Made by a program: the position numbers and the translations under genes
Part shown: piece after piece, positions 12,701 to 27,700 of the stretch
Layout: every line of letters starts with the position of its first letter
How positions within the stretch are numbered: position 1 is the first letter of the stretch
Assembly: GCA_001643675.2 (NCBI GenBank)
Contig: LSRY02000015.1
Location: 1-64,000 of the forward strand
Length of the DNA: 64,000 nucleotides
Reading direction: 5' to 3'
DNA from: Monocercomonoides exilis PA203
Taxonomy: Eukaryota > Protista > Preaxostyla
Notes under the pieces: generated by a model
Seen by the model: only the letters and a program-made list of their open reading frames with translations
Databases searched by the model: none
What the model was told of the DNA's origin: nothing

Positions 12701-15700
12701 GTGTGATGGGAGGGCGTTGCAAGGCGCTCCCCACGCTCGACGAGCCGGAAGGAACGCGCTGCGCGCTGCCCTAGGCCTTTTCCAGTCATTTCACTGAAAT
12801 AACCGAATTTTCTTTTGTTTTTTTTTTTTTGCGGGGCGGGGAGGGCGCGGTGAGTGGTGTGGCCTGCTGTGCAGGCCACAGGAGCCAGGGAGCTATTCAC
12901 ACGAATTTTGTAATTTTTATCGAAAGAAAAGATATCACAAGATTTGGTGTTGAGTGATATTTCGGGTGAGAGGGCCCTTTCAGAGGGAAAAGACCTTCCC
13001 ACCCAAAAATATCAATGAAATATTTCTCAAAACAATTACAAAGTGTGTGAGAATGGGGGAGAGTGTGATGGGAGGGCGTTGCAAGGCGCTCCCCACGCTC
13101 GACGAGCCGGAAGGAACGCGCTGCGCGCTGCCCTAGGCCTTTTCCAGTCATTTCACTGAAATAACCGAATTTTCTTTTGTTTTTTTTTTTTTTGCGGGGC
13201 GGGGAGGGCGCGGTGAGTGGTGTGGCCTGCTGTGCAGGCCACAGGAGCCAGGGAGCTATTCACACGAATTTTGTAATTTTTATCGAAAGAAAAGATATCA
13301 CAAGATTTGGTGTTGAGTGATATTTCGGGTGAGAGGGCCCTTTCAGAGGGAAAAGACCTTCCCACCCAAAAATATCAATGAAATATTTCTCAAAACAATT
13401 ACAAAGTGTGTGAGAATGGGGAGAGTGTGATGGGAGGGCGTTGCAAGGCGCTCCCCACGCTCGACGAGCCGGAAGGAACGCGCTGCGCGCTGCCCTAGGC
13501 CTTTTCCAGTCATTTCACTGAAATAACCGAATTTTCTTTGTTTTTTTTTTTGCGGGGCGGGGAGGGCGCGGTGAGTGGTGTGGCCTGCTGTGCAGGCCAC
13601 AGGAGCTCAGGGAGCTATTCACACGAATTTTGTAATTTTTATCGAAAGAAAAGATATCACAAGATTTGGTGTTGAGTGATATTTCGGGTGAGAGGGCCCT
13701 TTCAGAGGGAAAAGACCTTCCCACCCAAAAATATCAATGAAATATTTCTCAAAACAATTACAAAGTGTGTGAGAATGGGGGAGAGTGTGATGGGAGGGCG
13801 TTGCAAGGCGCTCCCCACGCTCGACGAGCCGGAAGGAACGCGCTGCGCGCTGCCCTAGGCCTTTTCCAGTCATTTCACTGAAATAACCGAATTTTCTTTG
13901 TTTTTTTTTTGCGGGGCGGGGAGGGCGCGGTGAGTGGTGTGGCCTGCTGTGCAGGCCACAGGAGCCAGGGAGCTATTCACACGAATTTTGTAATTTTTAT
14001 CGAAAGAAAAGATATCACAAGATTTGGTGTTGAGTGATATTTCGGGTGAGAGGGCCCTTTCAGAGGGAAAAGACCTTCCCACCCAAAAATATCAATGAAA
14101 TATTTCTCAAAACAATTACAAAGTGTGTGAGAATGGGGAGAGTGTGATGGGAGGGCGTTGCAAGGCGCTCCCCACGCTCGACGAGCCGGAAGGAACGCGC
14201 TGCGCGCTGCCCTAGGCCTTTTCCAGTCATTTCACTGAAATAACCGAATTTTCTTTGTTTTTTTTTTGCGGGGCGGGGAGGGCGCGGTGAGGTGGTGTGG
14301 CCTGCTGTGCAGGCCACAGGAGCCAGGGAGCTATTCACACGAATTTTGTAATTTTTATCGAAAGAAAAGATATCACAAGATTTGGTGTTGAGTGATATTT
14401 CGGGTGAGAGGGCCCTTTCAGAGGGAAAAGACCTTCCCACCCAAAAATATCAATGAAATATTTCTCAAAACAATTACAAAGTGTGTGAGAATGGGGGAGA
14501 GTGTGATGGGAGGGCGTTGCAAGGCGCTCCCCACGCTCGACGAGCCGGAAGGAACGCGCTGCGCGCTGCCCTAGGCCTTTTCCAGTCATTTCACTGAAAT
14601 AACCGAATTTTCTTTGTTTTTTTTTTTGCGGGGCGGGGAGGGCGCGGTGAGTGGTGTGGCCTGCTGTGCAGGCCACAGGAGCCAGGGAGCTATTCACACG
14701 AATTTTGTAATTTTTATCGAAAGAAAAGATATCACAAGATTTGGTGTTGAGTGATATTTCGGGTGAGAGGGCCCTTTCAGAGGGAAAAGACCTTCCCACC
14801 CAAAAATATCAATGAAATATTTCTCAAAACAATTACAAAGTGTGTGAGAATGGGGAGAGTGTGATGGGAGGGCGTTGCAAGGCGCTCCCCACGCTCGACG
14901 AGCCGGAAGGAACGCGCTGCGCGCTGCCCTAGGCCTTTTCCAGTCATTTCACTGAAATAACCGAATTTTCTTTGTTTTTTTTTTTTTGCGGGGCGGGGAG
15001 GGCGCGGTGAGTGGTGTGGCCTGCTGTGCAGGCCACAGGAGCCAGGGAGCTATTCACACGAATTTTGTAATTTTTATCGAAAGAAAAGATATCACAAGAT
15101 TTGGTGTTGAGTGATATTTCGGGTGAGAGGGCCCTTTCAGAGGGAAAAGACCTTCCCACCCAAAAATATCAATGAAATATTTCTCAAAACAATTACAAAG
15201 TGTGTGAGAATGGGGGAGAGTGTGATGGGAGGGCGTTGCAAGGCGCTCCCCACGCTCGACGAGCCGGAAGGAACGCGCTGCGCGCTGCCCTAGGCCTTTT
15301 CCAGTCATTTCACTGAAATAACCGAATTTTCTTTGTTTTTTTTTTTGCGGGGCGGGGAGGGCGCGGTGAGTGGTGTGGCCTGCTGTGCAGGCCACAGGAG
15401 CCAGGGAGCTATTCACACGAATTTTGTAATTTTTATCGAAAGAAAAGATATCACAAGATTTGGTGTTGAGTGATATTTCGGGTGAGAGGGCCCTTTCAGA
15501 GGGAAAAGACCTTCCCACCCAAAAATATCAATGAAATATTTCTCAAAACAATTACAAAGTGTGTGAGAATGGGGGAGAGTGTGATGGGAGGGCGTTGCAA
15601 GGCGCTCCCCACGCTCGACGAGCCGGAAGGAACGCGCTGCGCGCTGCCCTAGGCCTTTTCCAGTCATTTCACTGAAATAACCGAATTTTCTTTGTTTTTT

Positions 15701-18700
15701 TTTTTTTGCGGGGCGGGGAGGGCGCGGTGAGTGGTGTGGCCTGCTGTGCAGGCCACAGGAGCTCAGGGAGCTATTCACACGAATTTTGTAATTTTTATCG
15801 AAAGAAAAGATATCACAAGATTTGGTGTTGAGTGATATTTCGGGTGAGAGGGCCCTTTCAGAGGGAAAAGACCTTCCCACCCAAAAATATCAATGAAATA
15901 TTTCTCAAAACAATTACAAAGTGTGTGAGAATGGGGGAGAGTGTGATGGGAGGGCGTTGCAAGGCGCTCCCCACGCTCGACGAGCCGGAAGGAACGCGCT
16001 GCGCGCTGCCCTAGGCCTTTTCCAGTCATTTCACTGAAATAACCGAATTTTCTTTGTTTTTTTTTTGCGGGGCGGGGAGGGCGCGGTGGTGTGGCCTGCT
16101 GTGCAGGCCACAGGAGCCAGGGAGCTATTCACACGAATTTTGTAATTTTTATCGAAAGAAAAGATATCACAAGATTTGGTGTTGAGTGATATTTCGGGTG
16201 AGAGGGCCCTTTCAGAGGGAAAAGACCTTCCCACCCAAAAATATCAATGAAATATTTCTCAAAACAATTACAAAGTGTGTGAGAATGGGGGAGAGTGTGA
16301 TGGGAGGGCGTTGCAAGGCGCTCCCCACGCTCGACGAGCCGGAAGGAACGCGCTGCGCGCTGCCCTAGGCCTTTTCCAGTCATTTCACTGAAATAACCGA
16401 ATTTTCTTTGTTTTTTTTTTTGCGGGGCGGGGAGGGCGCGGTGAGTGGTGTGGCCTGCTGTGCAGGCCACAGGAGCCAGGGAGCTATTCACACGAATTTT
16501 GTAATTTTTATCGAAAGAAAAGATATCACAAGATTTGGTGTTGAGTGATATTTCGGGTGAGAGGGCCCTTTCAGAGGGAAAAGACCTTCCCACCCAAAAA
16601 TATCAATGAAATATTTCTCAAAACAATTACAAAGTGTGTGAGAATGGGGGAGAGTGTGATGGGAGGGCGTTGCAAGGCGCTCCCCACGCTCGACGAGCCG
16701 GAAGGAACGCGCTGCGCGCTGCCCTAGGCCTTTTCCAGTCATTTCACTGAAATAACCGAATTTTCTTTGTTTTTTTTTTTGCGGGGCGGGGAGGGCGCGG
16801 TGAGTGGTGTGGCCTGCTGTGCAGGCCACAGGAGCCAGGGAGCTATTCACACGAATTTTGTAATTTTTATCGAAAGAAAAGATATCACAAGATTTGGTGT
16901 TGAGTGATATTTCGGGTGAGAGGGCCCTTTCAGAGGGAAAAGACCTTCCCACCCAAAAATATCAATGAAATATTTCTCAAAACAATTACAAAGTGTGTGA
17001 GAATGGGGAGAGTGTGATGGGAGGGCGTTGCAAGGCGCTCCCCACGCTCGACGAGCCGGAAGGAACGCGCTGCGCGCTGCCCTAGGCCTTTTCCAGTCAT
17101 TTCACTGAAATAACCGAATTTTCTTTGTTTTTTTTTTTTTGCGGGGCGGGGAGGGCGCGGTGAGTGGTGTGGCCTGCTGTGCAGGCCACAGGAGCCAGGG
17201 AGCTATTCACACGAATTTTGTAATTTTTATCGAAAGAAAAGATATCACAAGATTTGGTGTTGAGTGATATTTCGGGTGAGAGGGCCCTTTCAGAGGGAAA
17301 AGACCTTCCCACCCAAAAATATCAATGAAATATTTCTCAAAACAATTACAAAGTGTGTGAGAATGGGGGAGAGTGTGATGGGAGGGCGTTGCAAGGCGCT
17401 CCCCACGCTCGACGAGCCGGAAGGAACGCGCTGCGCGCTGCCCTAGGCCTTTTCCAGTCATTTCACTGAAATAACCGAATTTTCTTTGTTTTTTTTTTGC
17501 GGGGCGGGGAGGGCGCGGTGAGTGGTGTGGCCTGCTGTGCAGGCCACAGGAGCCAGGGAGCTATTCACACGAATTTTGTAATTTTTATCGAAAGAAAAGA
17601 TATCACAAGATTTGGTGTTGAGTGATATTTCGGGTGAGAGGGCCCTTTCAGAGGGAAAAGACCTTCCCACCCAAAAATATCAATGAAATATTTCTCAAAA
17701 CAATTACAAAGTGTGTGAGAATGGGGAGAGTGTGATGGGAGGGCGTTGCAAGGCGCTCCCCACGCTCGACGAGCCGGAAGGAACGCGCTGCGCGCTGCCC
17801 TAGGCCTTTTCCAGTCATTTCACTGAAATAACCGAATTTTCTTTGTTTTTTTTTTTGCGGGGCGGGGAGGGCGCGGTGAGTGGTGTGGCCTGCTGTGCAG
17901 GCCACAGGAGCCAGGGAGCTATTCACACGAATTTTGTAATTTTTATCGAAAGAAAAGATATCACAAGATTTGGTGTTGAGTGATATTTCGGGTGAGAGGG
18001 CCCTTTCAGAGGGAAAAGACCTTCCCACCCAAAAATATCAATGAAATATTTCTCAAAACAATTACAAAGTGTGTGAGAATGGGGGAGAGTGTGATGGGAG
18101 GGCGTTGCAAGGCGCTCCCCACGCTCGACGAGCCGGAAGGAACGCGCTGCGCGCTGCCCTAGGCCTTTTCCAGTCATTTCACTGAAATAACCGAATTTTC
18201 TTTGTTTTTTTTTTTGCGGGGCGGGGAGGGCGCGGTGAGTGGTGTGGCCTGCTGTGCAGGCCACAGGAGCCAGGGAGCTATTCACACGAATTTTGTAATT
18301 TTTATCGAAAGAAAAGATATCACAAGATTTGGTGTTGAGTGATATTTCGGGTGAGAGGGCCCTTTCAGAGGGAAAAGACCTTCCCACCCAAAAATATCAA
18401 TGAAATATTTCTCAAAACAATTACAAAGTGTGTGAGAATGGGGGAGAGTGTGATGGGAGGGCGTTGCAAGGCGCTCCCCACGCTCGACGAGCCGGAAGGA
18501 ACGCGCTGCGCGCTGCCCTAGGCCTTTTCCAGTCATTTCACTGAAATAACCGAATTTTCTTTGTTTTTTTTTTTTTGCGGGGCGGGGAGGGCGCGGTGAG
18601 TGGTGTGGCCTGCTGTGCAGGCCACAGGAGCCAGGGAGCTATTCACACGAATTTTGTAATTTTTATCGAAAGAAAAGATATCACAAGATTTGGTGTTGAG

Positions 18701-21700
18701 TGATATTTCGGGTGAGAGGGCCCTTTCAGAGGGAAAAGACCTTCCCACCCAAAAATATCAATGAAATATTTCTCAAAACAATTACAAAGTGTGTGAGAAT
18801 GGGGGAGAGTGTGATGGGAGGGCGTTGCAAGGCGCTCCCCACGCTCGACGAGCCGGAAGGAACGCGCTGCGCGCTGCCCTAGGCCTTTTCCAGTCATTTC
18901 ACTGAAATAACCGAATTTTCTTTGTTTTTTTTTTGCGGGGCGGGGAGGGCGCGGTGAGTGGTGTGGCCTGCTGTGCAGGCCACAGGAGCCAGGGAGCTAT
19001 TCACACGAATTTTGTAATTTTTATCGAAAGAAAAGATATCACAAGATTTGGTGTTGAGTGATATTTCGGGTGAGAGGGCCCTTTCAGAGGGAAAAGACCT
19101 TCCCACCCAAAAATATCAATGAAATATTTCTCAAAACAATTACAAAGTGTGTGAGAATGGGGGAGAGTGTGATGGGAGGGCGTTGCAAGGCGCTCCCCAC
19201 GCTCGACGAGCCGGAAGGAACGCTGCGCGCTGCCCTAGGCCTTTTCCAGTCATTTCACTGAAATAACCGAATTTTCTTTGTTTTTTTTTTTGCGGGGCGG
19301 GGAGGGCGCGGTGAGTGGTGTGGCCTGCTGTGCAGGCCACAGGAGCCAGGGAGCTATTCACACGAATTTTGTAATTTTTATCGAAAGAAAAGATATCACA
19401 AGATTTGGTGTTGAGTGATATTTCGGGTGAGAGGGCCCTTTCAGAGGGAAAAGACCTTCCCACCCAAAAATATCAATGAAATATTTCTCAAAACAATTAC
19501 AAAGTGTGTGAGAATGGGGGAGAGTGTGATGGGAGGGCGTTGCAAGGCGCTCCCCACGCTCGACGAGCCGGAAGGAACGCGCTGCGCGCTGCCCTAGGCC
19601 TTTTCCAGTCATTTCACTGAAATAACCGAATTTTCTTTGTTTTTTTTTTGCGGGGCGGGGAGGGCGCGGTGAGTGGTGTGGCCTGCTGTGCAGGCCACAG
19701 GAGCTCAGGGAGCTATTCACACGAATTTTGTAATTTTTATCGAAAGAAAAGATATCACAAGATTTGGTGTTGAGTGATATTTCGGGTGAGAGGGCCCTTT
19801 CAGAGGGAAAAGACCTTCCCACCCAAAAATATCAATGAAATATTTCTCAAAACAATTACAAAGTGTGTGAGAATGGGGAGAGTGTGATGGGAGGGCGTTG
19901 CAAGGCGCTCCCCACGCTCGACGAGCCGGAAGGAACGCGCTGCGCGCTGCCCTAGGCCTTTTCCAGTCATTTCACTGAAATAACCGAATTTTCTTTGTTT
20001 TTTTTGCGGGGCGGGGAGGGCGCGGTGAGTGGTGTGGCCTGCTGTGCAGGCCACAGGAGCTCAGGGAGCTATTCACACGAATTTTGTAATTTTTATCGAA
20101 AGAAAAGATATCACAAGATTTGGTGTTGAGTGATATTTCGGGTGAGAGGGCCCTTTCAGAGGGAAAAGACCTTCCCACCCAAAAATATCAATGAAATATT
20201 TCTCAAAACAATTACAAAGTGTGTGAGAATGGGGGAGAGTGTGATGGGAGGGCGTTGCAAGGCGCTCCCCACGCTCGACGAGCCGGAAGGAACGCGCTGC
20301 GCGCTGCCCTAGGCCTTTTCCAGTCATTTCACTGAAATAACCGAATTTTCTTTGTTTTTTTTTTGCGGGGCGGGGAGGGCGCGGTGAGTGGTGTGGCCTG
20401 CTGTGCAGGCCACAGGAGCTCAGGGAGCTATTCACACGAATTTTGTAATTTTTATCGAAAGAAAAGATATCACAAGATTTGGTGTTGAGTGATATTTCGG
20501 GTGAGAGGGCCCTTTCAGAGGGAAAAGACCTTCCCACCCAAAAATATCAATGAAATATTTCTCAAAACAATTACAAAGTGTGTGAGAATGGGGGAGAGTG
20601 TGATGGGAGGGCGTTGCAAGGCGCTCCCCACGCTCGACGAGCCGGAAGGAACGCGCTGCGCGCTGCCCTAGGCCTTTTCCAGTCATTTCACTGAAATAAC
20701 CGAATTTTCTTTGTTTTTTTTTGCGGGGCGGGGAGGGCGCGGTGAGTGGTGTGGCCTGCTGTGCAGGCCACAGGAGCCAGGGAGCTATTCACACGAATTT
20801 TGTAATTTTTATCGAAAGAAAAGATATCACAAGATTTGGTGTTGAGTGATATTTCGGGTGAGAGGGCCCTTTCAGAGGGAAAAGACCTTCCCACCCAAAA
20901 ATATCAATGAAATATTTCTCAAAACAATTACAAAGTGTGTGAGAATGGGGGAGAGTGTGATGGGAGGGCGTTGCAAGGCGCTCCCCACGCTCGACGAGCC
21001 GGAAGGAACGCGCTGCGCGCTGCCCTAGGCCTTTTCCAGTCATTTCACTGAAATAACCGAATTTTCTTTGTTTTTTTTTTGCGGGGCGGGGAGGGCGCGG
21101 TGAGTGGTGTGGCCTGCTGTGCAGGCCACAGGAGCCAGGGAGCTATTCACACGAATTTTGTAATTTTTATCGAAAGAAAAGATATCACAAGATTTGGTGT
21201 TGAGTGATATTTCGGGTGAGAGGGCCCTTTCAGAGGGAAAAGACCTTCCCACCCAAAAATATCAATGAAATATTTCTCAAAACAATTACAAAGTGTGTGA
21301 GAATGGGGGAGAGTGTGATGGGAGGGCGTTGCAAGGCGCTCCCCACGCTCGACGAGCCGGAAGGAACGCTGCGCGCTGCCCTAGGCCTTTTCCAGTCATT
21401 TCACTGAAATAACCGAATTTTCTTTGTTTTTTTTTGCGGGGCGGGGAGGGCGCGGTGAGTGGTGTGGCCTGCTGTGCAGGCCACAGGAGCCAGGGAGCTA
21501 TTCACACGAATTTTGTAATTTTTATCGAAAGAAAAGATATCACAAGATTTGGTGTTGAGTGATATTTCGGGTGAGAGGGCCCTTTCAGAGGGAAAAGACC
21601 TTCCCACCCAAAAATATCAATGAAATATTTCTCAAAACAATTACAAAGTGTGTGAGAATGGGGAGAGTGTGATGGGAGGGCGTTGCAAGGCGCTCCCCAC

Positions 21701-24700
21701 GCTCGACGAGCCGGAAGGAACGCGCTGCGCGCTGCCCTAGGCCTTTTCCAGTCATTTCACTGAAATAACCGAATTTTCTTTGTTTTTTTTTTTGCGGGGC
21801 GGGGGAGGGCGCGGTGAGTGGTGTGGCCTGCTGTGCAGGCCACAGGAGCCAGGGAGCTATTCACACGAATTTTGTAATTTTTATCGAAAGAAAAGATATC
21901 ACAAGATTTGGTGTTGAGTGATATTTCGGGTGAGAGGGCCCTTTCAGAGGGAAAGACCTTCCCACCCAAAAATATCAATGAAATATTTCTCAAAACAATT
22001 ACAAAGTGTGTGAGAATGGGGGAGAGTGTGATGGGAGGGCGTTGCAAGGCGCTCCCCACGCTCGACGAGCCGGAAGGAACGCGCTGCGCGCTGCCCTAGG
22101 CCTTTTCCAGTCATTTCACTGAAATAACCGAATTTTCTTTGTTTTTTTTTTGCGGGGCGGGGAGGGCGCGGTGAGTGGTGTGGCCTGCTGTGCAGGCCAC
22201 AGGAGCCAGGGAGCTATTCACACGAATTTTGTAATTTTTATCGAAAGAAAAGATATCACAAGATTTGGTGTTGAGTGATATTTCGGGTGAGAGGGCCCTT
22301 TCAGAGGGAAAAGACCTTCCCACCCAAAAATATCAATGAAATATTTCTCAAAACAATTACAAAGTGTGTGAGAATGGGGAGAGTGTGATGGGAGGGCGTT
22401 GCAAGGCGCTCCCCACGCTCGACGAGCCGGAAGGAACGCGCTGCGCGCTGCCCTAGGCCTTTTCCAGTCATTTCACTGAAATAACCGAATTTTCTTTGTT
22501 TTTTTTTGCGGGGCGGGGAGGGCGCGGTGAGTGGTGTGGCCTGCTGTGCAGGCCACAGGAGCTCAGGGAGCTATTCACACGAATTTTGTAATTTTTATCG
22601 AAAGAAAAGATATCACAAGATTTGGTGTTGAGTGATATTTCGGGTGAGAGGGCCCTTTCAGAGGGAAAAGACCTTCCCACCCAAAAATATCAATGAAATA
22701 TTTCTCAAAACAATTACAAAGTGTGTGAGAATGGGGAGAGTGTGATGGGAGGGCGTTGCAAGGCGCTCCCCACGCTCGACGAGCCGGAAGGAACGCGCTG
22801 CGCGCTGCCCTAGGCCTTTTCCAGTCATTTCACTGAAATAACCGAATTTTCTTTGTTTTTTTTTTGCGGGGCGGGGAGGGCGCGGTGAGTGGTGTGGCCT
22901 GCTGTGCAGGCCACAGGAGCCAGGGAGCTATTCACACGAATTTTGTAATTTTTATCGAAAGAAAAGATATCACAAGATTTGGTGTTGAGTGATATTTCGG
23001 GTGAGAGGGCCCTTTCAGAGGGAAAAGACCTTCCCACCCAAAAATATCAATGAAATATTTCTCAAAACAATTACAAAGTGTGTGAGAATGGGGAGAGTGT
23101 GATGGGAGGGCGTTGCAAGGCGCTCCCCACGCTCGACGAGCCGGAAGGAACGCTGCGCGCTGCCCTAGGCCTTTTCCAGTCATTTCACTGAAATAACCGA
23201 ATTTTCTTTGTTTTTTTTTTTTGCGGGGCGGGAGGGCGCGGTGAGTGGTGTGGCCTGCTGTGCAGGCCACAGGAGCCAGGGAGCTATTCACACGAATTTT
23301 GTAATTTTTATCGAAAGAAAAGATATCACAAGATTTGGTGTTGAGTGATATTTCGGGTGAGAGGGCCCTTTCAGAGGGAAAAGACCTTCCCACCCAAAAA
23401 TATCAATGAAATATTTCTCAAAACAATTACAAAGTGTGTGAGAATGGGGAGAGTGTGATGGGAGGGCGTTGCAAGGCGCTCCCCACGCTCGACGAGCCGG
23501 AAGGAACGCGCTGCGCGCTGCCCTAGGCCTTTTCCAGTCATTTCACTGAAATAACCGAATTTTCTTTGTTTTTTTTTTGCGGGGCGGGGAGGGCGCGGTG
23601 AGTGGTGTGGCCTGCTGTGCAGGCCACAGGAGCCAGGGAGCTATTCACACGAATTTTGTAATTTTTATCGAAAGAAAAGATATCACAAGATTTGGTGTTG
23701 AGTGATATTTCGGGTGAGAGGGCCCTTTCAGAGGGAAAAGACCTTCCCACCCAAAAATATCAATGAAATATTTCTCAAAACAATTACAAAGTGTGTGAGA
23801 ATGGGGGAGAGTGTGATGGGAGGGCGTTGCAAGGCGCTCCCCACGCTCGACGAGCCGGAAGGAACGCGCTGCGCGCTGCCCTAGGCCTTTTCCAGTCATT
23901 TCACTGAAATAACCGAATTTTCTTTGTTTTTTTTTTGCGGGGCGGGGAGGGCGCGGTGAGTGGTGTGGCCTGCTGTGCAGGCCACAGGAGCCAGGGAGCT
24001 ATTCACACGAATTTTGTAATTTTTATCGAAAGAAAAGATATCACAAGATTTGGTGTTGAGTGATATTTCGGGTGAGAGGGCCCTTTCAGAGGGAAAGACC
24101 TTCCCACCCAAAAATATCAATGAAATATTTCTCAAAACAATTACAAAGTGTGTGAGAATGGGGGAGAGTGTGATGGGAGGGCGTTGCAAGGCGCTCCCCA
24201 CGCTCGACGAGCCGGAAGGAACGCGCTGCGCGCTGCCCTAGGCCTTTTCCAGTCATTTCACTGAAATAACCGAATTTTCTTTGTTTTTTTTTGCGGGGCG
24301 GGGAGGGCGCGGTGAGTGGTGTGGCCTGCTGTGCAGGCCACAGGAGCCAGGGAGCTATTCACACGAATTTTGTAATTTTTATCGAAAGAAAAGATATCAC
24401 AAGATTTGGTGTTGAGTGATATTTCGGGTGAGAGGGCCCTTTCAGAGGGAAAAGACCTTCCCACCCAAAAATATCAATGAAATATTTCTCAAAACAATTA
24501 CAAAGTGTGTGAGAATGGGGAGAGTGTGATGGGAGGGCGTTGCAAGGCGCTCCCCACGCTCGACGAGCCGGAAGGAACGCGCTGCGCGCTGCCCTAGGCC
24601 TTTTCCAGTCATTTCACTGAAATAACCGAATTTTCTTTGTTTTTTTTGCGGGGCGGGGAGGGCGCGGTGAGTGGTGTGGCCTGCTGTGCAGGCCACAGGA

Positions 24701-27700
24701 GCCAGGGAGCTATTCACACGAATTTTGTAATTTTTATCGAAAGAAAAGATATCACAAGATTTGGTGTTGAGTGATATTTCGGGTGAGAGGGCCCTTTCAG
24801 AGGGAAAAGACCTTCCCACCCAAAAATATCAATGAAATATTTCTCAAAACAATTACAAAGTGTGTGAGAATGGGGGAGAGTGTGATGGGAGGGCGTTGCA
24901 AGGCGCTCCCCACGCTCGACGAGCCGGAAGGAACGCGCTGCGCTGCCCTAGGCCTTTTCCAGTCATTTCACTGAAATAACCGAATTTTCTTTGTTTTTTT
25001 TTGCGGGGCGGGGAGGGCGCGGTGAGTGGTGTGGCCTGCTGTGCAGGCCACAGGAGCCAGGGAGCTATTCACACGAATTTTGTAATTTTTATCGAAAGAA
25101 AAGATATCACAAGATTTGGTGTTGAGTGATATTTCGGGTGAGAGGGCCCTTTCAGAGGGAAAGACCTTCCCACCCAAAAATATCAATGAAATATTTCTCA
25201 AAACAATTACAAAGTGTGTGAGAATGGGGGAGAGTGTGATGGGAGGGCGTTGCAAGGCGCTCCCCACGCTCGACGAGCCGGAAGGAACGCGCTGCGCGCT
25301 GCCCTAGGCCTTTTCCAGTCATTTCACTGAAATAACCGAATTTTCTTTGTTTTTTTTTGCGGGGCGGGGAGGGCGCGGTGAGTGGTGTGGCCTGCTGTGC
25401 AGGCCACAGGAGCTCAGGGAGCTATTCACACGAATTTTGTAATTTTTATCGAAAGAAAAGATATCACAAGATTTGGTGTTGAGTGATATTTCGGGTGAGA
25501 GGGCCCTTTCAGAGGGAAAAGACCTTCCCACCCAAAAATATCAATGAAATATTTCTCAAAACAATTACAAAGTGTGTGAGAATGGGGGAGAGTGTGATGG
25601 GAGGGCGTTGCAAGGCGCTCCCCACGCTCGACGAGCCGGAAGGAACGCGCTGCGCGCTGCCCTAGGCCTTTTCCAGTCATTTCACTGAAATAACCGAATT
25701 TTCTTTGTTTTTTTTTTTGCGGGGCGGGGAGGGCGCGGTGAGTGGTGTGGCCTGCTGTGCAGGCCACAGGAGCTCAGGGAGCTATTCACACGAATTTTGT
25801 AATTTTTATCGAAAGAAAAGATATCACAAGATTTGGTGTTGAGTGATATTTCGGGTGAGAGGGCCCTTTCAGAGGGAAAAGACCTTCCCACCCAAAAATA
25901 TCAATGAAATATTTCTCAAAACAATTACAAAGTGTGTGAGAATGGGGGAGAGTGTGATGGGAGGGCGTTGCAAGGCGCTCCCCACGCTCGACGAGCCGGA
26001 AGGAACGCGCTGCGCGCTGCCCTAGGCCTTTTCCAGTCATTTCACTGAAATAACCGAATTTTCTTTGTTTTTTTTGCGGGGCGGGGAGGGCGCGGTGAGT
26101 GGTGTGGCCTGCTGTGCAGGCCACAGGAGCCAGGGAGCTATTCACACGAATTTTGTAATTTTTATCGAAAGAAAAGATATCACAAGATTTGGTGTTGAGT
26201 GATATTTCGGGTGAGAGGGCCCTTTCAGAGGGAAAAGACCTTCCCACCCAAAAATATCAATGAAATATTTCTCAAAACAATTACAAAGTGTGTGAGAATG
26301 GGGGAGAGTGTGATGGGAGGGCGTTGCAAGGCGCTCCCCACGCTCGACGAGCCGGAAGGAACGCGCTGCGCGCTGCCCTAGGCCTTTTCCAGTCATTTCA
26401 CTGAAATAACCGAATTTTTCTTTGTTTTTTTTTTTTTTGCGGGGCGGGGAGGGCGCGGTGAGTGGTGTGGCCTGCTGTGCAGGCCACAGGAGCCAGGGAG
26501 CTATTCACACGAATTTTGTAATTTTTATCGAAAGAAAAGATATCACAAGATTTGGTGTTGAGTGATATTTCGGGTGAGAGGGCCCTTTCAGAGGGAAAAG
26601 ACCTTCCCACCCAAAAATATCAATGAAATATTTCTCAAAACAATTACAAAGTGTGTGAGAATGGGGGAGAGTGTGATGGGAGGGCGTTGCAAGGCGCTCC
26701 CCACGCTCGACGAGCCGGAAGGAACGCGCTGCGCGCTGCCCTAGGCCTTTTCCAGTCATTTCACTGAAATAACCGAATTTTCTTTGTTTTTTTTTTGCGG
26801 GGCGGGGAGGGCGCGGTGAGTGGTGTGGCCTGCTGTGCAGGCCACAGGAGCCAGGGAGCTATTCACACGAATTTTGTAATTTTTATCGAAAGAAAAGATA
26901 TCACAAGATTTGGTGTTGAGTGATATTTCGGGTGAGAGGGCCCTTTCAGAGGGAAAAGACCTTCCCACCCAAAAATATCAATGAAATATTTCTCAAAACA
27001 ATTACAAAGTGTGTGAGAATGGGGGAGAGTGTGATGGGAGGGCGTTGCAAGGCGCTCCCCACGCTCGACGAGCCGGAAGGAACGCGCTGCGCGCTGCCCT
27101 AGGCCTTTTCCAGTCATTTCACTGAAATAACCGAATTTTCTTTGTTTTTTTTGCGGGGCGGGGAGGGCGCGGTGAGTGGTGTGGCCTGCTGTGCAGGCCA
27201 CAGGAGCCAGGGAGCTATTCACACGAATTTTGTAATTTTTATCGAAAGAAAAGATATCACAAGATTTGGTGTTGAGTGATATTTCGGGTGAGAGGGCCCT
27301 TTCAGAGGGAAAAGACCTTCCCACCCAAAAATATCAATGAAATATTTCTCAAAACAATTACAAAGTGTGTGAGAATGGGGGAGAGTGTGATGGGAGGGCG
27401 TTGCAAGGCGCTCCCCACGCTCGACGAGCCGGAAGGAACGCGCTGCGCGCTGCCCTAGGCCTTTTCCAGTCATTTCACTGAAATAACCGAATTTTTCTTT
27501 GTTTTTTTTTTTTTGCGGGGCGGGGAGGGCGCGGTGAGTGGTGTGGCCTGCTGTGCAGGCCACAGGAGCTCAGGGAGCTATTCACACGAATTTTGTAATT
27601 TTTATCGAAAGAAAAGATATCACAAGATTTGGTGTTGAGTGATATTTCGGGTGAGAGGGCCCTTTCAGAGGGAAAAGACCTTCCCACCCAAAAATATCAA